Source: Schmidtea polychroa
Lineage: Eukaryota
DNA: 64,000 nucleotides
Assembly: GCA_044892525.1 (NCBI GenBank)
Contig: CM097887.1
Location: 88,824,397-88,888,396, forward strand
Direction of reading: 5' to 3'
Positions within the stretch are counted from its first letter, which is position 1; each line of letters begins with the position of its first letter. The translations under genes were made by a program, and so were the position numbers. The notes under the pieces were generated by a model. The model did no database searches and had not been told where the DNA came from. It was given only the letters and a program-made list of their open reading frames with translations. Positions 14,401-26,597 of this stretch are shown in pieces.

Positions 14401-17400
14401 ACGAAACTATTCAGACGATTCTTTGTCGTGAACGAATTAAGCCAAGATTAAGTCGGTGAAACGATAAAGTTCATCGAGATAGATGTAATGAGTAAAAGAT
14501 CATTTTTGACTCTAGTGATTGAGAACTTTAATTAAAAGTTTCATGAGAAAATAAGAAAAATGTTGGTAGTTAGAGGCAAAACCCTATTTTTATACGAAAA
14601 GTGTGTGGCAATGTCTGTCGAATGCCAGCAAATCAGATCAACTTTGGTATGAATTTCTACTAACAATGACAGTGGATTTCATGGAAGCGTGATTGTAGAA
14701 TTGGTGAATTTATTATTATTTTACTGATAAAAACAGAGACTGTTTTGTAATGTATGAGACAAAGTTAAAAAGAAATTAACAATTCAATAATTAAAATTAT
14801 GTGGATGACAAAGTCTTTCATGCATGGTTTCATGGAAATACAAGAACCGCAAAGTGAAAATGAATCAAGGATTGTCAATTAATATTAAAAACTTGAAAAA
14901 ATTAAATAAAAACAATTTTTTCAAGCAATATATATTATAGTTTTAATCTTATATTTTCTGCTCAATCTAAGTTATCTGATACTCTGAATAACGCGTTTTA
15001 CAAAAAAACAGGGATAATCATTAACTGAATTCTGTTTCGTTTATAATAATAACAATTTGATAAACTAATTACAAATAGGATTTGCATTTTAGAAAATATG
15101 GAATTTTTATAAATATTTTAAAATTTTCTTTAAATAATGTTTATAGATTAAACACNNNNNNNNNNNNNNNNNNNNNNNNNNNNNNNNNNNNNNNNNNNNN
15201 NNNNNNNNNNNNNNNNNNNNNNNNNNNNNNNNNNNNNNNNNNNNNNNNNNNNNNNNNNNNNNNNNNNNNNNNNNNNNNNNNNNNNNNNNNNNNNNNNNNN
15301 NNNNNNTAGGATAGCTAAGAAAATATAGACACACCCTATTAGTCTGGAAAAGATCAATCAATATTAATCTATGCATACGAACTCTCCTTAGAAATAGGAA
15401 GAAAAGGCATGTTATCACATTATTGAATGTTACCAGGCAACGATTCGTTGTCATTAAATTTTATAGGATGATGACAAAATTATCGTCACCTCAATTTCTA
15501 TATTTATATTTAATATGCAATCATCATTCTGGTTTATGATTAAAAAAATTTAAATTTGATGATAAAAATTAAAAATATAAAATATAAGAAATTGTTAAGA
15601 AAACATTTTATAGATTTTTTAATTAAATCAACAAAATAATTATCATACAAATCACTTAAATTAATTATTTATCAATATTATTACATTATCAATATTAATT
15701 AAAAACATCTATAAATAAAATATATTAAACACATTGTGCCTAATATTCGCTGTAATACTGTACATGGAAAACACAATAGTAATACAGATTCTTACTTTCT
15801 TTGAATCTTATTGTGTCTTCACATTTAGTTTTCGATAAATCTGTATGTTGCATTTTAGATCCATCAACTTTATTTGAAATATTCAAATGACTCATTTTTA
15901 AAAATTAAAATAAACAATTTTTCATGGTTAGGCTTCTTCATTTTAGTAGAAAATTACAATTAAAAACAGTGTAATATTGAATCAAAAATCCTCATATCGC
16001 GTCAATTATTTCTCACTCTAAAATTTTAATTTACAATTTAAATACTACCAATATAAAAATTTATATTTAAAGAATTATAGAACGATAGATTAAAAAATTA
16101 TACTTTATTAATATTAATTAATTAAAAAATTTAATCAACGAAATAATTAACTTATTAAAAAGGTAAACATTTTATTCCGAAATATAGTATAAACAATTTA
16201 GTGCACGTTATAGTGTAAAACAAAACTAGGTCATTGAAGAAATATAAATAATTTCCTTAATATACTCTTATATTATTTGATATTTGATACCTAAAAATAT
16301 ATTTTTAGTAAAAACTGAAATTATTTTAAAATCATTGATAAAGGTTAATAACTTTAAATACAAAAATTACAATTTTAAAATTTTTACTTGGACAAATTGT
16401 TAAATTCAACTTTAACTTTAGATTATTATCTCCGAAATGATCATATGATAAAACTTGATACATGAGTAAGTATTATCTTAGTCTTTTATTTATTGTCTTT
16501 TAAAAACATTTTAAGAATTTTATAAAATAATCAAAAAAAAGATTTCATAGTTTATTTACCTATTATAATTTTTAAAAGTATAACAAAAATTGTATTTTGA
16601 AATTAAAAACGTTTGATGGGTAATATCTCAAGAAAATTTTGATTTGTTTAATTGCGTCGAAAAAATATACAAATGTAACCGCATAAAATTCAGTTTAAAT
16701 CAATGAATAGAATCAAATAAATTTAAGTGATAAAAACATGTTAAGAAAATTAATGGGCATAAAAGGTTGCAATCACTTATTAATGTTAAATAGGATTAAT
16801 TTAAAAATTTTTGTTTAGCAAAGTTCATATGCCATAACCATCAAAGGAAATGATGGTCAGCATTTATATATGAAAATTTTGTTTAGTTTTTTTCATTAGA
16901 ATTTACTTAAGAAAATATAAAAATGTTTGTGAAAAACAAATAAAAATCGAATGAAAATTAAATTTTCCTTAGACAATTAATTATATGATCAAGGTAATGC
17001 GTAAACTTGCTCAAATACTGATACATTTAATATAGATTCAATATTACTTTAGATGATGTAGAAAAATTGTATATACATCATGTATACATAATCCTTGTAA
17101 ATTTGGATAAGTACTTCTCTAATTGATTATACTTTTATGTATTCTGTTTATTTTGGTTTTTTTAAATGCTCATATGCCTCAGTCGACCGGTAATTTGGGG
17201 ATAGAATCAACAGGCCGAATTAATGAAGATAGCTTCTCGTGTCGAATGAATCTGGTAGTTTTAATTATCGATGAACTTTCGAATTTAAGAAATCCCAGTG
17301 GCCTCATCATAGAGAATAGAAGGCTTTCGTAAACGATATCCAAATTGTAAGACGAAATACGAACTTGGAAGAACGTCACCAACAAAAGTAGACAAATATA

Positions 17401-17801
17401 TTAGCTGTAAAGTAAGAAAGATAACGGTACATGACGAAAGGGATAAAGTTAAAGTGGTTCAGCTCTATTACATTGAATTACTTGAATAAAGACTTGTATA
17501 AAAACTTGTAAAAATCTGAGGATCTAAAGACTGAATTATACAGCGATAAAGTAAATGAAACTTTTCTAAGAGGATGGTAAAATAGGAAAATATTCAAGAG
17601 CCGGCTATCTAACAGCAAAAAAGGAAGGCACGGAGGTCCGCGGTCTGTATGATTTTTTACAAGAAGCCCCTATGGGAAAGATTATATTGTAAAATGAGTG
17701 AGGGATAATGTAATATTAAACAATTAATGTTGTTTTAATATTATGAAAATGTCGTAAAAATAGAATTTGAAAAACGTTTTGTCTTACAAGCTATCCGGGC
17801 A

Positions 17802-18510
17802 ATGGAAATCAACAAGATCATAATTGAAAATGTTGGAAAATTCGATGGCAAAAATACAGATGTGGAAGAATGGTTCGACAAACTCGAAATTACTTTGGAA
17901 GCCAAGAATGTGAAAAATGTCATGAACGTAATGCCATTTTTACTTGAAGGTCAATCTTATGCAGTTTTAAAACAGTTAAAGAAAAGCAGCACGACAATGG
18001 ATTTTTGTATGCTGAAGAAGGAATTATTGAAAACCTTCGGTATGAGCGAGCAAGAAGCTTTTACGAAACTTTTACAGAAAAAGTTATTAATGGGTGATAA
18101 CTTGGATGTCCATGTAAATGAATTAAGGTCACTGTTGGAATGTTCAGGTGATCTACTAATCCGATTTTTTGTAAATAGCTTACCAAGTGATTTGTCAAAT
18201 CAACTAAAGATGTCAACAGCGTCAACAATGAATGAGTTAGTCGCTCAAGCAAAGAAAATCGCAAGTCATCAAATTTATGACAATGAAACGGTTGCAGTAG
18301 TAGTACCAAGATCAGATAGTGGAAGACAAGCCAATCGAAAATGCTATATATGCAATAGTGCTAATCATGTGGTAAGATAGTGTCCAGAAAGACGCAATAT
18401 CAGATGTGCAAAATGCGGTATTATGGGACATATTTCAAGGTTTTACAAGTCGGGAAAAGATCATGGGGCTAGACACAATGTGGAGTCGGGTGTGGCCCCA
18501 AAAATTGTGA
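17802..18510 (+). pseudogene. gag: gag of small Gypsy (capsid plus two CCHC-like knuckles, nonsense codon at 18378)
   Basis: KFDGKNTDVEEWFDKLE capsid start; CYICNSANHVVR*C and CAKCGIMGHISR knuckles. G GGA AAA slippery heptamer at 18452-18458 shifts -1 into the protease frame. Confidence 0.75.
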
Positions 18511-18514
18511 ATAT

Positions 18515-21088
18515 GTGAGACTCCTAAAAGTAAATGGTGATGTAAAAGCATGTTTAGTTGATTCGGGCAGCACTACCACTATAGTAAAAGGAAATCCACG
18601 AAAATCTATGACTGCGGTAGCGATGCTTGATGGTTCAATCATATATGCTGAGCGAAGTAAAGTTGATATATGGGTTGGAGATAAGTTATTTAATATTGAT
18701 TGTTTAATACACCCGAAACTAGTATCCAATTATGATGTAATTTAATAAGTGAATGCTATTAATAGGTTTGGTGGAGTACGATTGAATAAAAAAGCCATAT
18801 TCGGTTGTGAAGAAGCATCTTGTCACGTAGCGTGCTCTAGTAGTGGTATGTCAGAAATATTGAAGGAAAATTTCTCTGCGAGATTTGAAAACGAGAAATG
18901 GATTGTCAAATGGGATTGGAAGTCAGAGCCGCCAAAATATCTACCTAATAGAAATTCAAACTTTTATGATAATTTTAGTAAGGATCAGGAGACAATGCGT
19001 ATATTGAATTCTTGGATATCTAACAGCTATCTAGTTGATTACGACGAGAAAACAATGGGCAAACCGATCGGATCAGTACCTATTTATGGTACAATTCAGT
19101 TAAATAGAGCGGAAGTGCGTCCAGTATTTGACTTTAGGGGTATCAATAAATATATTGATGTATATAGTGGAAATGTAGATATCTGTTCTGAAAAATTACG
19201 ATGATGGAGATGTTTAAGTAAAGAATTTGCAATGTTAGATTTATCTGATGCATATATGCAAATACACGTGGATAAAAGCATGTGGCGATATCAATCTTGT
19301 ATGGTTAATGGGAAGAAATATGCGCTTACGAGAATGGGATTTGGATTGAATATCGCACCAACGATAATGACAGAGATTGTGAATAAAGTATTGAACAACA
19401 ATGAATCAATCAAGAATAGTACAAGTTCATACATAGACGATATATTCGTAGATGAATCTAAAGTTAAAGCAAGTAAAGTAAGTGCAGAAATGCGTAAATT
19501 TGGTTTGATATGTAAAGAAGAAGAAAAGGTCAAGGATACTCTCAGTGTAAGAGTATTAGGTATTGATGTATTTCGAAAGAATAATGAACTGGTTTAGAAA
19601 CAATGGTTGCGGCCAGCTTGCTCATATATCAAGAGGCTATCCAGTGGAAATTGGGATGATTCAATAGAAAATCATATCGTTGACAAAGTAAAATGGTTAT
19701 TAGAAAAAGTGAATGAAAGAGATCCATCGTCAGGTATTTGGAGTGTTCCCAGCAATCAGACAGGCATAATTTGGTGCGATGCAAGTTCGATCGCCATTGG
19801 AATTGTATTAGAAATGGAAGGTTCAGTGGTTGAAGATGCGTGTTGGTTGCCGAAACCTGATGGTTCAAGACACATTAATTTGGTGGAAATAGAAGCGATT
19901 GTGAAGGGTATAAATTTATGTATTAAATGGAATCTAAAGTACATCAAAATTAAATCCGATAGTAAATCAGTTGTGTGTTGGGTTAACAGCATATTATCAA
20001 GCGACAGAAAAATACATACAAAAGCAAATTCAGAGTTGTTAATACGACGAAGGCTGGAGCTTTTAAAAGATCTAGCGATTGAGTATGAACTTAAAATGGA
20101 CATTGAGTTTGTATCTACAGAAAATAACAAGGCTGATGTATTAACGAGAGTACCAGCCAACTGGATGATTATTAAAAAAGAAGTCGCAGATCTAGGCAAT
20201 CAAAAAAGCTCGAAAGATGTGTTATTAGAGATTCACAAGACCTGCCATGTAAGGAAAAATCGTATGCGATTCTTAGTATCGGAAGCGGGGCTACTAAATG
20301 TGGATAATGAGATCTCAGAAATAATGGCAAGTTGTAATCAATGCCTATCAATTGACCCAGCGCCAGTAAAGTGGGAGAAAGGTGAACTAAGCTGTGATGA
20401 AAATTGGTGCCATTTAGCAATTGATGTAGCTAAATTTGCTAAAGATAAATATTTAACAATTATTGATTGTGGACCATCGAGATATGCAATTTGAAAGAAA
20501 ATTAAGAATGTAAATGTAGAAGAGATATGTAATGCTTTAAATGAAGTGATATATGAAAGAGGAGCTCAAAGTGAAATATTATTAGATAATTACTTATCTT
20601 TTAGATCTAGAAAATTTCAAGAATTAGCAGATAAATGGAATGTTGAGTTGGTATTTAGAACAGTGAACCGTCCAGGGGGAAACGGGATCATTGAACGCAG
20701 CCATCGGACAATCAAATCGCTAGCAGCTAGGTCCTCAGGAACAATCGCAGAAGCTGTGTACTGGTTCAACAATACGCCAAACAACAATAATATTTGTCCA
20801 TCTAGAGCCATATTTAGATATAATCCAAAGCTGAATCTGCCAAGCTACAATAAAAAAGAGATAATAATCGAAGCAAAATATTCTGCTGGTGACCCAGTAT
20901 GGATAAAACCGAATTTGAATCAAAAATGCACGGAAAGATGGAAAGATGGACATATCATTAAACCATTATCAAATACAAAATTTTTAGTCAGATGTAATGG
21001 ATACGATATGCTGCGACACGTGGGCGATATTAGAAAAAGAGTTGTTAAAGATTCAGATGAATCTGGTGGAGATGTAGGAATAATGTAA
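18515..21088 (+). pseudogene. pol: pol of small Gypsy (PR-RT-RH-IN), one frame broken by several stops
   Basis: ORF pieces 18515-18745, 18749-19204, 19232-19597, 19607-20494 and 20546-21088 are all in the same frame and carry the catalytic motifs in Gypsy order. Confidence 0.85.
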
Positions 21089-22573
21089 TATTAAACAATT
21101 AATGTTGTTTTAATATTATGAAAATGTCGTAAAAATAGAATTTGAAAAAGTTTTGTCTTACAGTGAAATTTGGAAAGGGATATTTATTTAAAATCGAACA
21201 TATATCTTCTAACAATAGTCCGTGAAACTGTAAGAATGTTAGCTAATTATAGTTCATTAGAGTGACCTCACTTCATACTAGCATTTAACCATTAGATACA
21301 GTATTAAAGTTGATAAAATAACCTAACATACAATGGTTAACCGTTTTTATTCTGGTTTATACTGAAATCACCACAAAGGATATGGTTAAAGTTTGCCTGT
21401 AACCCATCAAATTTATTATGATTTATTTTTTGTTATTGTAAAATTATAATTTTTTATTATTAGAAGTTTAAATCTTATCTAGTTTTTATTTTCAAAACTA
21501 AAAATCCCGAGAATACATGTTACTGATAATACTTGGCTTCAGTAAACCAATTAGAATTTAAATAATAAATTTTTAAATACAAACACAAATTACTAAAAAC
21601 AGTAATTTAATTTAGTGATAAATTCAAATAAAAGAATTTTACTAATTGTAATGAATTAAAAGCAAAATTTGTTTTAATAAATAAGAGGAAATAGAAAAAT
21701 TACAACTTTGAATTTTATTCGGTATTTCTTACTCATTAATCTAATTATAGTAATAGTAATTTTTAATTGCTTTAATTAGATTAATATCTAATTAGTTTAA
21801 ACAAATAATATATAATTAAATGTTTTAATTGCAAAGTTAGAAAATATGAAAAATTTTGCCAGACAAAATTTGAAATTTTTAATATAAATATTTTAAGTTT
21901 CTTGAAAAACTAAATTCCTTTTTTAATATGGAAACCTTTGAGAGGTTTGATAATTCAAAAGTAATAAAGTCCAATGGAGATCATTAAAATTTGTTCAACA
22001 ACACTGGTTCGCCTGAATATTAGGCAGTTCATATTAATTACTTTAATAAAATTATCAGTTCAAAAAATAAAAAATGATTTCAAATAAATCATATAGTTGT
22101 ATCGCTTGACAAATCCTATCTGATGTTTGATTTTACCCAAGAAACCCCTAACTTAATACTATTTAGTCATTTGGTATTATTTTCATCCATGATATGTAGT
22201 TATTAAGACCCACGCGAAGATTTAAAACGTCATGACCAGGTTACTTTTTAATTTGCCATACATTGTACAAATATAAAGACCTGAGTATTTTCAAAATTCT
22301 GAAATTATTTTTATACTTGAAAACGATAAAATTTAGATAAAAAGTTAATAAAATATCTGACAATCATATGGAAATAAAAGTATCTGTGATCTACAAAGAT
22401 CTAAATTGAACTTAGTGATGAAGATTCTTAATTGAGAATGAAAGTGTAATTGTTACATTATGACTGCTGTAATAAAAATAATTCAAAATATCATCTCGCA
22501 AATATAGTGTAATTTTCAAAAAATAATGGCCAATGCAAGAAAATGAACAACAAAAAATTTAACCTTAACATTT

Positions 22574-23576
22574 TGTTGAGGATGCCTAAATAATAATTCA
22601 TGAAGAAATAAATAAAATTACCTGGGGGAAGATCGCCATGACAAACGGGACGATCTATAGAGACTCAGAAAAGAAAACGGAAGTGAAAATAAATCAAAAA
22701 TGAGAAAGAGAAAGGAAATAAAAGTTATCAAACAGAAAAATAAAATCAAGGTCAGTACTAATTAATTAGTACAAAAAGGAAAAGGAATTTTGAAATCAGG
22801 GAAAAAGGAAAACAACAATATCCTTATCTCGACAGCTTGCTGATGATAATAGAATTGATGGGAGAAGGCGGCCAAACAAGAAAGGAAAAAGGGAAAAAAC
22901 AACCTGACAGCGGTCAGAGATAAAAATGGGATAGTCGGGGAAAGCAGGAGAAGGAAAGTGGGAAAACACTTGATTATCTGGAGTGCCACAAGAGAAGCGA
23001 ACTATATAAGGGAAAACTGGTGAACATGAAATTACAACAAAAGAGAGAGACAAGGTGACGCGAAATTGGAAACGCTCTGGAAGACGAATTGAGATACGAT
23101 TTGAGATACGATTTGAGAAAATAATTATTGAAGAAAATCAGACGTCGGACGAAACGTTGTTGGACAAACGATTGTCAAGATAATTGTAAAGGAAATAATA
23201 GAGGAAAATAATTGGAGAAAAGTTGAAGAGAAAAATTAGTTGAATAATAAAACGAAAAGAAGTTATTGATTATTTGAATAAAGTTTGAAAGAAAGTCAAA
23301 GAAAACAACCAGCTCAAAATCCCAGCTTAGAAACCAATCAGTAATTTGTGATCTTTTAATCCGGTGTTATACACAAGTGCTATTCCTCACCGAGTGTTGC
23401 AATAAGCACTGTATAGTCACCCAACAGAGTGTTGAATTTATCGTCAGTGTCAAGTGAAAGTTTATTTGTGATTATCAATAAAGATTTCTATTGTCAAGTG
23501 TTATTTGTGAATTATATAAAGACACGCTTGGAGTCAGAGTAACATTAAATTTTGTCACCAACTCAATAACCCAACA
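22574..23576 (+). repeat. 5' LTR of large Gypsy element
   Basis: Matches 36401-37403; one substitution seen by eye (G22912 vs T36739). TATA-like TATATAA at 23003-23009; AATAAA at 23477-23482. Confidence 0.95.
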
Positions 23577-23581
23577 TATTT

Positions 23582-23599
23582 TGGTGAGCCCGACGTGAT
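23582..23599 (+). promoter_or_regulatory. Primer binding site complementary to tRNA-Trp 3' end
   Basis: TGGTGAGCCCGACGTGAT, 17/18 identical to TGGTGACCCCGACGTGAT (complement of the vertebrate tRNA-Trp 3' end); 5 nt after the LTR. Confidence 0.85.
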
Positions 23600-23798
23600 C
23601 AAAAGTTGGTGAAGAGATTGTGAAAAAGAAAATTGGAAAAATAAAGTGTGTAAATTGAAATTATTAGAGTGATTTTGGAAAGGTAAATTGTTTATTGTAA
23701 TAATAATTTGAGATTTAGATTTTGTGAAATTTGAAAAGAAATAATTTATTAAAGTGAACCGATATTATTTACGAAGCCAGAGTAAAAAGGAAGCTACA

Positions 23799-26597
23799 AT
23801 GAGCAGTGAAGATTTACCAGTTTCAGTTATTAAAGAAAATAATGATTTTGCCAGTTGTCAAAGATTGCCAGTAGAGCAATATGGAGGAGATCCAATTATT
23901 TTTGTTGATTTTATGAGCGATTACTATATGTATGCAACGGCTTATGGATGGTCTCAAGCAATAATGATTCAAAGATTACCCTTATATCTTAAAGGAGCTG
24001 CTAGAGAGGTTTGGCAACAAATCGACAGGAAAACAATCGGCAATGATTGGGCCAAATTAAAAGATGCATTGGCTGCTAAACTTATTGGAGGAGATATAAA
24101 GAGGTTAATGCGTCAGAAATTTTATAATAGAGTTCAAAATCCAAATGAAACAGTGAGCGAATATGCATATCATTTATCGACCCTTGCCAGCAAATCCTTT
24201 GAAGAAGATTCGAAACAACCAGGATTAGCCCAACAGATGCAGGAACTGATTCAAGATCAATTTTTGTCCGGAGTAAATAAAGAAATAAAAACGGCATTAT
24301 GTTTTGTAGAGTATGACAATTTCGACGAACTAGTTAAAAAAGCAATGAAAATCGAATTGAATCTAAAGAGCTCTAAAAATAAATCTGAGGTATTTGCAAT
24401 AATTCCAGTACAAAGAGAGAGATCAGTAACCTCAACCCAAGACAATTGGGAATCAGGAAATAGATTTCAACGATTAAAGAGCCCATCACCAAAATGGAGA
24501 AACGATAATAATATGAACAGAGCAAGCCAAAATTCACCAGGCACTGAGAGAGCTCAAGTTATTCAGTGTGATATTTGTAAGAAAATTGGCCATTATACAA
24601 ATCAATGTTGGTTTAAAAATAATTCTGAAAGAGTACCCAGGAGATTGAGTCCAGATTGGCAAAGAGATAATGGAGGAACGAATTTTCGGAGAGCAATTCC
24701 TAATGTGAAGTCAAATTTTAATGAAGTACAATGTTATCGCTGTGGTAGAAAAGGACATGTTTCTAGAAATTGTTTTTCAAGATCAAGATCACCATCAATG
24801 TCACCATCACCACAAAGAGATAATGTGAATTTAAATGGACAAATTCAATGTCATTTATGCAGAAATTACGGACATATTGCAAGATCTTGTCCCAGGAATT
24901 CCGATAAATTTCAAAAACCGATTTTGAAACGAACAATTAGATTTCAGGATGAAAACCAATCAAAGAATAATGTTGCTTATGTTCAAAAAGATAAATTTAG
25001 AGAAAAAATTGAGAACGATGTCAAACAATTGAATCAAAAATTGAATAAATTGATGGCGAAATTTGAATCAGATGATGAAACAGATTCTCATATGATGACA
25101 AGACGAAAATTGAAGACGGATCAATCAAAACTTGATGATATTACAAGAAACAGAGTTAAAACGGATATGCAAAGTGAAAAGAGTACAATACTTATTGCTA
25201 AGGTCAGGAAATTAGTAACAGAACCTGATGCGAATTCTCAGAAATTGACAGAAGTATTGATGAAGCTAACGGAAATACCGTTGAGTTTAACCAAAATTAA
25301 AACTGTTATTAAACTTTGTACTGAATGTTTTGCAGCAAGTGTGGAAAAGCGAGATGTATTTGAAAAGTATATGAAAGAATTTGGCCAAACTTTACGAAAA
25401 TTCAAATGGTTAGACCCGATATTTATTAAAACAAATACATTAAACGACACCAAATCCGAGTATCAAGTTGAAGCATACGGAAAAATACGCGAGTTGAAAA
25501 GAGAAATAATGTACAAATGTGAAGTTTGGGCAGTAGAACTTGGATTTATGGGCCGAGTGTTGGAAGACGACGAATTTTTGATAGATTGTGGATTAATCCC
25601 CGGCGTTGAAAATGAGATACAAATAGTGAGCATGATTACCAATGAAAAACCAGTCAAATATGATGTCAATAAAATTAAATTTGAATTAAATGAAGCATTG
25701 ATCAAGGGAGATACAGGTGATATTATTGATAAATTGAATAATATTTTGAATTTAGAATTTGAAGTGGAAGATAAATTGAAAATTTTAGATTGTGTCAGAC
25801 CCTATGTAAATTATGATAATGAATATAGTGAAATGATAAAAAAGCTTATTCATAAATTTGGACAAGAATTTAGAGAAAAAGGAGTTTATAATGAGCCATT
25901 TGTGATAATGTTAAAAATAAATGACCAAGAAGTGGAATGTACCAGCGAGCATTGGTGTACGAAATTGAGTACAATACGACGGAGAGCAGCAGAAATTATG
26001 GGCAGTGATGGAATAATTGTATTGAAATACAAAGGTTTTGAGTTAGATGATGATGAGTACTTATTTGATTGTGGCTGTGTACCACGAAAATTTGATGAAA
26101 ATGGATCTTTGGCGAATCAGGAAACATTTATTAATGAGTTAGTTGCGATGAAACAATTTGAATTAAAGGAGGTAGAAGAAAGCTTTAAAATGGAATTACC
26201 AAACTGGAAAAATGAGATAATGAGTAATGATGATGAGATGCACGATGAACAAGAAATGAAAAGAGATGAAATAGAAAATGAAACTGTAGAGATTATTATT
26301 AAAAATGAGATGAAGACTGAAAAAGATGAAATAGAAAATGAAGCGGAACAGATTATTGTTGAAAATGAAATGAGAACTGAAGTTCAAAATGAGGCATATA
26401 TGACCAAAATGACGATTGATAATGATATTAAAGAAAAACAATGCAGAAATTTGTATGAAATAAGATGTAAAATAATACAGAAATTTCAAGAGGAAAAAGA
26501 TCAGAAAGACTCAAAGGAAACTGAGAAAATTGTACGTGCTCTAGTAAACGAATTAATAGAGAGAATTAATAGAGAGAATAGAGAGAATGCAAGTTGA
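23799..26597 (+). CDS. gag: Gag (capsid plus three CCHC zinc knuckles) with a long C-terminal extension holding two ubiquitin-like domains
   Basis: First ATG at 23799. Capsid motifs (LPLYLKGAAREVW, RVQNPNETVSEY); knuckles CDICKKIGHYTNQC, CYRCGRKGHVSRNC, CHLCRNYGHIARSC; Ubl-like segments at about 25419-25628 and 25899-26150. Confidence 0.85.
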   Translation: MSSEDLPVSVIKENNDFASCQRLPVEQYGGDPIIFVDFMSDYYMYATAYGWSQAIMIQRLPLYLKGAAREVWQQIDRKTIGNDWAKLKDALAAKLIGGDIKRLMRQKFYNRVQNPNETVSEYAYHLSTLASKSFEEDSKQPGLAQQMQELIQDQFLSGVNKEIKTALCFVEYDNFDELVKKAMKIELNLKSSKNKSEVFAIIPVQRERSVTSTQDNWESGNRFQRLKSPSPKWRNDNNMNRASQNSPGTERAQVIQCDICKKIGHYTNQCWFKNNSERVPRRLSPDWQRDNGGTNFRRAIPNVKSNFNEVQCYRCGRKGHVSRNCFSRSRSPSMSPSPQRDNVNLNGQIQCHLCRNYGHIARSCPRNSDKFQKPILKRTIRFQDENQSKNNVAYVQKDKFREKIENDVKQLNQKLNKLMAKFESDDETDSHMMTRRKLKTDQSKLDDITRNRVKTDMQSEKSTILIAKVRKLVTEPDANSQKLTEVLMKLTEIPLSLTKIKTVIKLCTECFAASVEKRDVFEKYMKEFGQTLRKFKWLDPIFIKTNTLNDTKSEYQVEAYGKIRELKREIMYKCEVWAVELGFMGRVLEDDEFLIDCGLIPGVENEIQIVSMITNEKPVKYDVNKIKFELNEALIKGDTGDIIDKLNNILNLEFEVEDKLKILDCVRPYVNYDNEYSEMIKKLIHKFGQEFREKGVYNEPFVIMLKINDQEVECTSEHWCTKLSTIRRRAAEIMGSDGIIVLKYKGFELDDDEYLFDCGCVPRKFDENGSLANQETFINELVAMKQFELKEVEESFKMELPNWKNEIMSNDDEMHDEQEMKRDEIENETVEIIIKNEMKTEKDEIENEAEQIIVENEMRTEVQNEAYMTKMTIDNDIKEKQCRNLYEIRCKIIQKFQEEKDQKDSKETEKIVRALVNELIERINRENRENAS

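Larger units (their letters stand above)
17709..21162 (+). mobile_element. Small decayed Ty3/Gypsy LTR retrotransposon (about 3.45 kb, about 80-bp LTRs)
   Basis: Direct repeats TGTAATATTAAAC...GTCTTACA at 17709-17788 and 21084-21162, differing by one base deletion. Internal order gag, protease (LVDSGS), RT (YIDD), RNase H (WCDAS), integrase (AIDV..LLDN..IERSH). TSD and PBS are not clean. Confidence 0.9.

Noticed and set aside
13280-17690. Scattered GC-richer patches (13.3, 14.3-14.7, 17.1-17.7 kb) that look exon-like
   Set aside because: No consistent spliced frame or recognisable motif; could be old TE debris.
22762-23053. Hydrophobic minus-strand ORFs in both LTRs
   Set aside because: By-product of the purine-rich plus strand; no evidence of coding function.
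25230-25320. Faint likeness of LTEVLMKLTEIPLSLTKIK to a TFIIS N-terminal domain
   Set aside because: Too short, lacks the following T-x-IG motif, and is not repeated in the second helical block.
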